A DNA stretch of 10,408 nt. Source: Oligoflexia bacterium (GTDB lineage: Bacteria; Bdellovibrionota; UBA1018). A program made the position numbers and the translations under genes. The notes below the pieces were generated by a model. That model worked only from the letters and a program-made list of their open reading frames with translations, ran no database searches and was not told where the DNA came from. The DNA lies in the NCBI GenBank assembly GCA_043732485.1, contig JAYTHP010000183.1, forward strand, positions 1 to 10,408. Reading direction: 5' to 3'. This document shows positions 6,665 through 10,408 of this stretch, piece by piece (position 1 is the stretch's first letter; the number at the start of each line of letters is the position of its first letter).

Positions 6665-6970
6665 TGTTTAGTGGATTTCCTTGCTGATGCACTCACGTAA
6701 GGCACCGAAGCGCCGCCTGAGGGCGGATGGGGCTTGGGGGTGGGACTTCGATTCGCCTTGGAGGGGTCGGGGGAAGGGACAAAGCAGACGACGAGGGGTT
6801 GGCGTCGTTAGTGGCCGGAAGATGGAGCTGAGAGCAGCCTGACCCCGTTCCGGCTTAGCGAGGGGCTTTCTGTTTGTTTTTCGTAGTGAGTCTCGTGTCT
6901 TTAGAGGAGCAGGAGAGGGGATAGGAGCAAGCAGGAGGGCAGGCAGCAGCAAGGCGCTTGAAATCCGCCA
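6665..6970 (+). ncRNA. Candidate ~300-nt structured non-coding RNA of unknown family
   Basis: End-to-end pairing 6671-6690 with 6943-6968, nested inner stems, a TATGAT -10-like box at 6653-6658, and no convincing ORF. No match to a family I recognise. Confidence 0.3.
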
Positions 6971-7209
6971 CTGATTGACTTGTTTAATTCATTGTTTCTG
7001 CGGAGAAAGTATTATACATTTTAATTAGAATAAAATTTTTCAAAAATTTCCAGGGGGGGCAGGCCACACAAGATGCTCGAAGTCCCCTTGTACGTGCGGA
7101 GGCTTCCTCAGGCTTTTTTTTGCGGGCAACAGGGGGAGCGAGGGTCGAGTAAAATAAGCGAGTCCAAGCGGCAACTTAGCTCTGGTTTGCGGGAAGGTAA
7201 GCAAGCGTC

Positions 7210-8604
7210 ATGAAGCGTAGATGGAATCATCGGGTGATGGAGTGGGTGGCGAGGAAGTGGCTTGGGCGTTTTGGGGTAGAGCGCCTGACTGCGATGATCA
7301 CGAAGGTGATCACGACGACGACAGCAGAGGCGCCTACGGGTGCTAAGATTACCCCTTCTTTCACGGGTGGTAAACCGTTGATCTTACTTTTGGCGGGGCT
7401 GCTCGCCTTAAACGTGAACCGGGAGCTTTTAGCCGGTCCCGCGCCTTTGACCGGGTGGGGTGGGGCTCGTGCTTTTGGTCTGGCTCAGCCCGTGGGTTCA
7501 GTTTTGCCGCTGCCGTGCCTGCCAGCCTCCCCGTTGCTAGGGAAGTGCTCATTTTTGCAAAATATTAGCTGTCCTAACGTGATGCTAAGCGTTCAAGCGC
7601 AGCTCACCTTAGGTGGCACAAACGTCACCAGCCTACTGAACCAGAAGATCAGTCAGCTCTACCAAGGAAAAGACGTCAACGTGCAGTCGCAGGCGGCCTC
7701 TGGGCCTGGTGCAGTCTCTGGAGGTGGCTATTTGGTGGCGGGATCAGTCTGCAGCGCTCCTGGCACCGTGCCCGGTCAAGTATCACTGATGGATCCGGGA
7801 AAATGTGGTCTCCCGCCGGTTCTCGATCAAAACGGGGGCGGCATGTTAGTGGCGGGGTTTCAAGACAAGTCCTACCTCAACGGCGGTTACGTCTCGGCGC
7901 TAGCTTGTTACGCCCAACAAGTGAGCGCTCAGGTCACGCAAAATGCACTAGTGATTGCGCCTAACAGTGGAATTGCAACGAGCCTGGTGACACAATACGT
8001 GCAGGGGTGGAATCAGTTCTTAGACTTAGCGCGGCAGGTGTGCTCGACCAATACTCAGTGCAATGTGCCCTTAGGTCTCTACTGCAATTTAGCGTCTCCT
8101 GGACCCTCGCCGTTGGGTGGTGTGGCGTCACAAACCACGGCCTGGGGCTCGATGAGCCTCCAAACCCAAGTCAATATGGATCGCTGTCAAAGGGCAGCCA
8201 TTTGTAACCTGTACGCCGTGCAGCAGGGTTTACAAGCCGTTTATCAGTGGTTGGCTTTTGCAGAAGTCGAAGCTGCAGCTTATCTCAGCTGGAATGGTTT
8301 AGGGGCACGAGGGGCAGCGGTGGGCATAGGGCAATTGATGCTCGATTTAACCGGCGACAGCACTCATGCAGGACTGATGGGTCAGTGCGAGAGTTCAGCG
8401 CAAGCCAAGCCAGGGGTGATGAGCAATGCCGGTTTGTTGCGGACTTTCGGTGTTAAGCTTTGGGCTGATCCTCAGTCCTTTGCCCAGGCTGTTTCCTCGT
8501 GTTATAAGCAAACCACTTCGGGCTATCCTGCGGTGATTCAAAAGGATTTAAATCTTTGGTATCCCTTGACGGCTGGCGCCAAGGGGAGTTGGAGTTGTCA
8601 GTGA
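7210..8604 (+). CDS. Hypothetical Cys-rich, probably exported protein
   Basis: 464-codon ORF; hydrophobic stretch KPLILLLAGLLALNVNRELLA; 14 Cys after it. The true start may be downstream (e.g. ATG 7294). Confidence 0.8.
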   Translation: MKRRWNHRVMEWVARKWLGRFGVERLTAMITKVITTTTAEAPTGAKITPSFTGGKPLILLLAGLLALNVNRELLAGPAPLTGWGGARAFGLAQPVGSVLPLPCLPASPLLGKCSFLQNISCPNVMLSVQAQLTLGGTNVTSLLNQKISQLYQGKDVNVQSQAASGPGAVSGGGYLVAGSVCSAPGTVPGQVSLMDPGKCGLPPVLDQNGGGMLVAGFQDKSYLNGGYVSALACYAQQVSAQVTQNALVIAPNSGIATSLVTQYVQGWNQFLDLARQVCSTNTQCNVPLGLYCNLASPGPSPLGGVASQTTAWGSMSLQTQVNMDRCQRAAICNLYAVQQGLQAVYQWLAFAEVEAAAYLSWNGLGARGAAVGIGQLMLDLTGDSTHAGLMGQCESSAQAKPGVMSNAGLLRTFGVKLWADPQSFAQAVSSCYKQTTSGYPAVIQKDLNLWYPLTAGAKGSWSCQ

Positions 8605-8806
8605 GTCCTTTGGGTAGGCAGCAGCAGGGGTGGGGGGCTGAAGTGCCAGTGGTTGGGTCAGCGACGAGGACGCGAAATAGAGCACCCCGGGGGTCAGCAG
8701 CAAAGGCGAAAAAAAGGTGGGGCGAATGGGTTTAAGGTTAAAAAAAGTTCAAACCACGCAAAAAAAATTAGGCCGTGCAGGCTTGCGTTTGCCCAAAAAT
8801 TACCTA

Positions 8807-8854
8807 ATGAGACTAGTGAGGAGACCCGTGATGAGCCTAGCGATGAGACGGGCT
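8807..8854 (+). repeat. Degenerate 12-nt tandem repeat x4 spanning the RBS/start of the next gene
   Basis: ATGAGACTAGTG / AGGAGACCCGTG / ATGAGCCTAGCG / ATGAGACGGGCT. Confidence 0.55.
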
Positions 8855-9910
8855 CACGGAGTGGGGCTAATGGTCGGGGTGATCACGTTAGGCTTGAGTC
8901 TTGCCGCAAGGATCAGTTGGGCTGGACCCTGGGCCGTGGATGGCTGCGCAAGCACCAAAGCCGCGTGCCTAGGGTCTGAGGCTTGCGTAGCGATTACGAG
9001 CATTGCCACCTTTGTAGGTAATGTTGCTGCAATCCCAGCTTTAGGTATTTGCAGTTCGATCTTTAGTCAATTCAAATCCAACTGCAATAATGATTGCAGG
9101 AAGCAAAATCCGCCACCTCTCACCCCTCATCCTACGCCCCCGAGTACGGCAAGTTTGACTCATACCGCATCGCTTGCCTTGGCGGCAAGCGCGCAAAATG
9201 CCACTAATGGGTTGAACTATAATAGCCTATCAACCGGTTCGGCACTTTTGGCGGGGGCGGCTCCAAGCCAAGCGGCTATGGCCCAGAGCGTGACTCCCAG
9301 CAGTCAGCTTGCCTCGGCCGGCAGCGGCGCTGGCGGATGGCAGACGCAATCGTTAGCAGGCGGCAGCGGGTTGGGGGGGTTAGAGATGCGCTCCTTTCAA
9401 GCGCCGTTGTCCCCAGCAGGTTCTTTAGCCAGCGGAGGGAGCGGAGGCAGTGGCGCAGGGGATGACGGGTCGTCTCAGTCGGGATTGTCGTCAGGGGGAA
9501 ATTTGACGCCCGGGAGTAATTCTGGTTCCCTGTCGGGCAGTCAAAGCACAGGCCTGCAGGCTGCGACCTCGGCGCTTGCTGCGGCAGGTGGCGGTGGGGA
9601 GAGCAGCTTAGCAGGCAGTACGAGTGGTTTTCAGTTTTTTAAGTCCTTTTTTGCAAGAAAGTCACTGGTTTCTGGACGCCAAGCCTCACCTGGGGGGCGA
9701 GGGTTAGCGCCCCTTGGTGCTGCGTTCGGGCTTGCTGCAGGCGCGGTGGTTGGTGAGCCAGGTTTGAAGCCTTTTGGTCAGGCTTTTTTGCTGCCCGGTG
9801 GTGGGAGTCAACCTTATGATTACTGGGCACAAATTCCTCGCAACGACAGTTTGTTTGCACACATTCATAACCGGTTGCAGCAGTTTGCCCGTGGCGACTG
9901 GTCGCGTTGA
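8831..9910 (+). CDS. Hypothetical exported protein: signal peptide, 6-Cys domain, Gly/Ser/Ala-rich linker, short C-terminal helix motif (about 359 aa)
   Basis: SD GAGGAG (8818-8823) 7 nt before ATG 8831. Signal-like MRRAHGVGLMVGVITLGLSLAARISWA; six Cys; Pro hinge PPPLTPHPTPP; low-complexity G/S/A; ends YDYWAQIPRNDSLFAHIHNRLQQF. Confidence 0.8.
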   Translation: MSLAMRRAHGVGLMVGVITLGLSLAARISWAGPWAVDGCASTKAACLGSEACVAITSIATFVGNVAAIPALGICSSIFSQFKSNCNNDCRKQNPPPLTPHPTPPSTASLTHTASLALAASAQNATNGLNYNSLSTGSALLAGAAPSQAAMAQSVTPSSQLASAGSGAGGWQTQSLAGGSGLGGLEMRSFQAPLSPAGSLASGGSGGSGAGDDGSSQSGLSSGGNLTPGSNSGSLSGSQSTGLQAATSALAAAGGGGESSLAGSTSGFQFFKSFFARKSLVSGRQASPGGRGLAPLGAAFGLAAGAVVGEPGLKPFGQAFLLPGGGSQPYDYWAQIPRNDSLFAHIHNRLQQFARGDWSR

Positions 9911-10058
9911 TTAAGGGGAAGGGCTACGGGCCTTGTGAGAAAAACTGCGAGGAAAACTTTTCAGATCGGCAATTCTATGCTAATTTTTGGGATAACCAAG
10001 GTGTTTTTAACTTTAACAAAATGTTCGCCCCTAAAAAAACGGGAAGCAATCTGAAATA

Positions 10059-10235
10059 GCCTGGGCGTGGGGGAGCGTAAGTCCCCGCTAGGCACCGACT
10101 TACGCTTTAAAGCCTTGGATCTTCCTCGGACCTTGCAGGTGGTGAAGAGAGAGGCTCTAGAAAGACCCTCTCTTGGACAGTCTTTCGAGACCCTCTCTCC
10201 TGCTGGAAGAGATCGTGCCTTGAGGGGGGAGCTTT
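10059..10235 (+). promoter_or_regulatory. Highly structured putative 5' leader of the desaturase gene
   Basis: Overlapping stems 10059-10093 and 10074-10106 (perfect 10 bp), plus an 18/20-bp hairpin 10147-10199 with outer extensions. Confidence 0.5.
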
Positions 10236-10284
10236 TCGGGTGAATTTTCAGAAGAAGTTTCAGAAAAGAAGGATGTTGATAATT

Positions 10285-10408
10285 ATGCTTAAATACCGCG
10301 CCGATGTTCGCACACTCGCTTTTATGGCTGTAACCACAGCCCTTTTGTTTGTTCAGTGGAATCTTGAGCAAGTTCACCCCTTATTGTTCATCTGGGGATG
10401 CGTGATGG
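10285..10408 (+). CDS. Probable membrane fatty acid desaturase, 3'-truncated by the window edge
   Basis: Open frame MLKYRADVRTLAFMAVTTALLFVQWNLEQVHPLLFIWGCVM with GAAGGA at 10268-10273. The ML(K/R)YxADxRTL N-terminus followed by hydrophobic helices resembles myxobacterial/bdellovibrio desaturases. The His boxes would lie outside the window. Confidence 0.7.
   Translation, partial: MLKYRADVRTLAFMAVTTALLFVQWNLEQVHPLLFIWGCVM

Noticed and set aside
6381..6692. 104-aa N-terminal extension of the ferredoxin in the 268-aa ORF
   Set aside because: The family-like sequence begins at MGGINPY (6380); the extension is low-complexity and lacks a clear SD.
6736..6860. tmRNA-like GGGGGTG..TTCGA, SRP-like CCGGAAG..GCAGC and RNase P-like CCGGCTTA words
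   Set aside because: Each lacks its partner elements: no T-arm/CCA end, no CAGG..GGAAGG.AGCAG helix 8 geometry, no GAGGAAAGTCC.
7099..7121. GAGG-ctt-CCTC followed by T8 upstream of the 7210 gene as an attenuator
   Set aside because: The stem is only 4 bp and is separated from the T-run by 4 nt; too weak.
9963..9989. Minus-strand CAAA-N15-GCCGATCT sigma28-like site
   Set aside because: Poor -35, and it points antisense into the 8831-9910 gene; plausible by chance.
10036..10140. Cobalamin riboswitch (AAACGGGAAGC...CCCCGC) or HDV-like ribozyme (TTCCTCG) in the desaturase leader
   Set aside because: No GCnACTGT B12 box or AGnCAGnAnACC 3' element, and no P1/P2 partners for an HDV fold.
7361..10377. 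ORFs 7361-7552, 8007-8207, 8247-8456, 8653-8979, 9639-9860 and 9961-10377
   Set aside because: Alternate-frame or antisense overlaps of the two long ORFs and of the desaturase start and leader.
1..10408. CRISPR array, tRNA/rRNA, transposase or integrase
   Set aside because: No regularly spaced repeats, cloverleaf with T-loop/CCA, rRNA signatures or recombinase motifs were seen on either strand.

Overview
Bacterial chromosomal window with about 70% intact coding sequence by my hand count. The secreted orphan proteins and the fdx/desaturase styles tentatively suggest a Bdellovibrionota/Oligoflexia-like organism, but this is inference only. In order: the 3' part of gltX; a multiply frameshifted type IV TA antitoxin (AbiEi_3-like) pseudogene whose ATG sits at the centre of a perfect 14-bp inverted repeat, with no intact toxin; a probably leaderless Nfu/NifU Fe-S carrier gene; an infA + 67-aa CxxC/CxxC microprotein operon (-); a large Hanks-type Ser/Thr kinase (-) behind a near-consensus sigma28 promoter; an ISC-type 2Fe-2S ferredoxin (-); an 830-bp intergenic region with a candidate ~300-nt structured RNA; two orphan, probably exported Cys-rich proteins; and a strongly structured leader ahead of the 5' end of a probable fatty acid desaturase that the ORF track misses.
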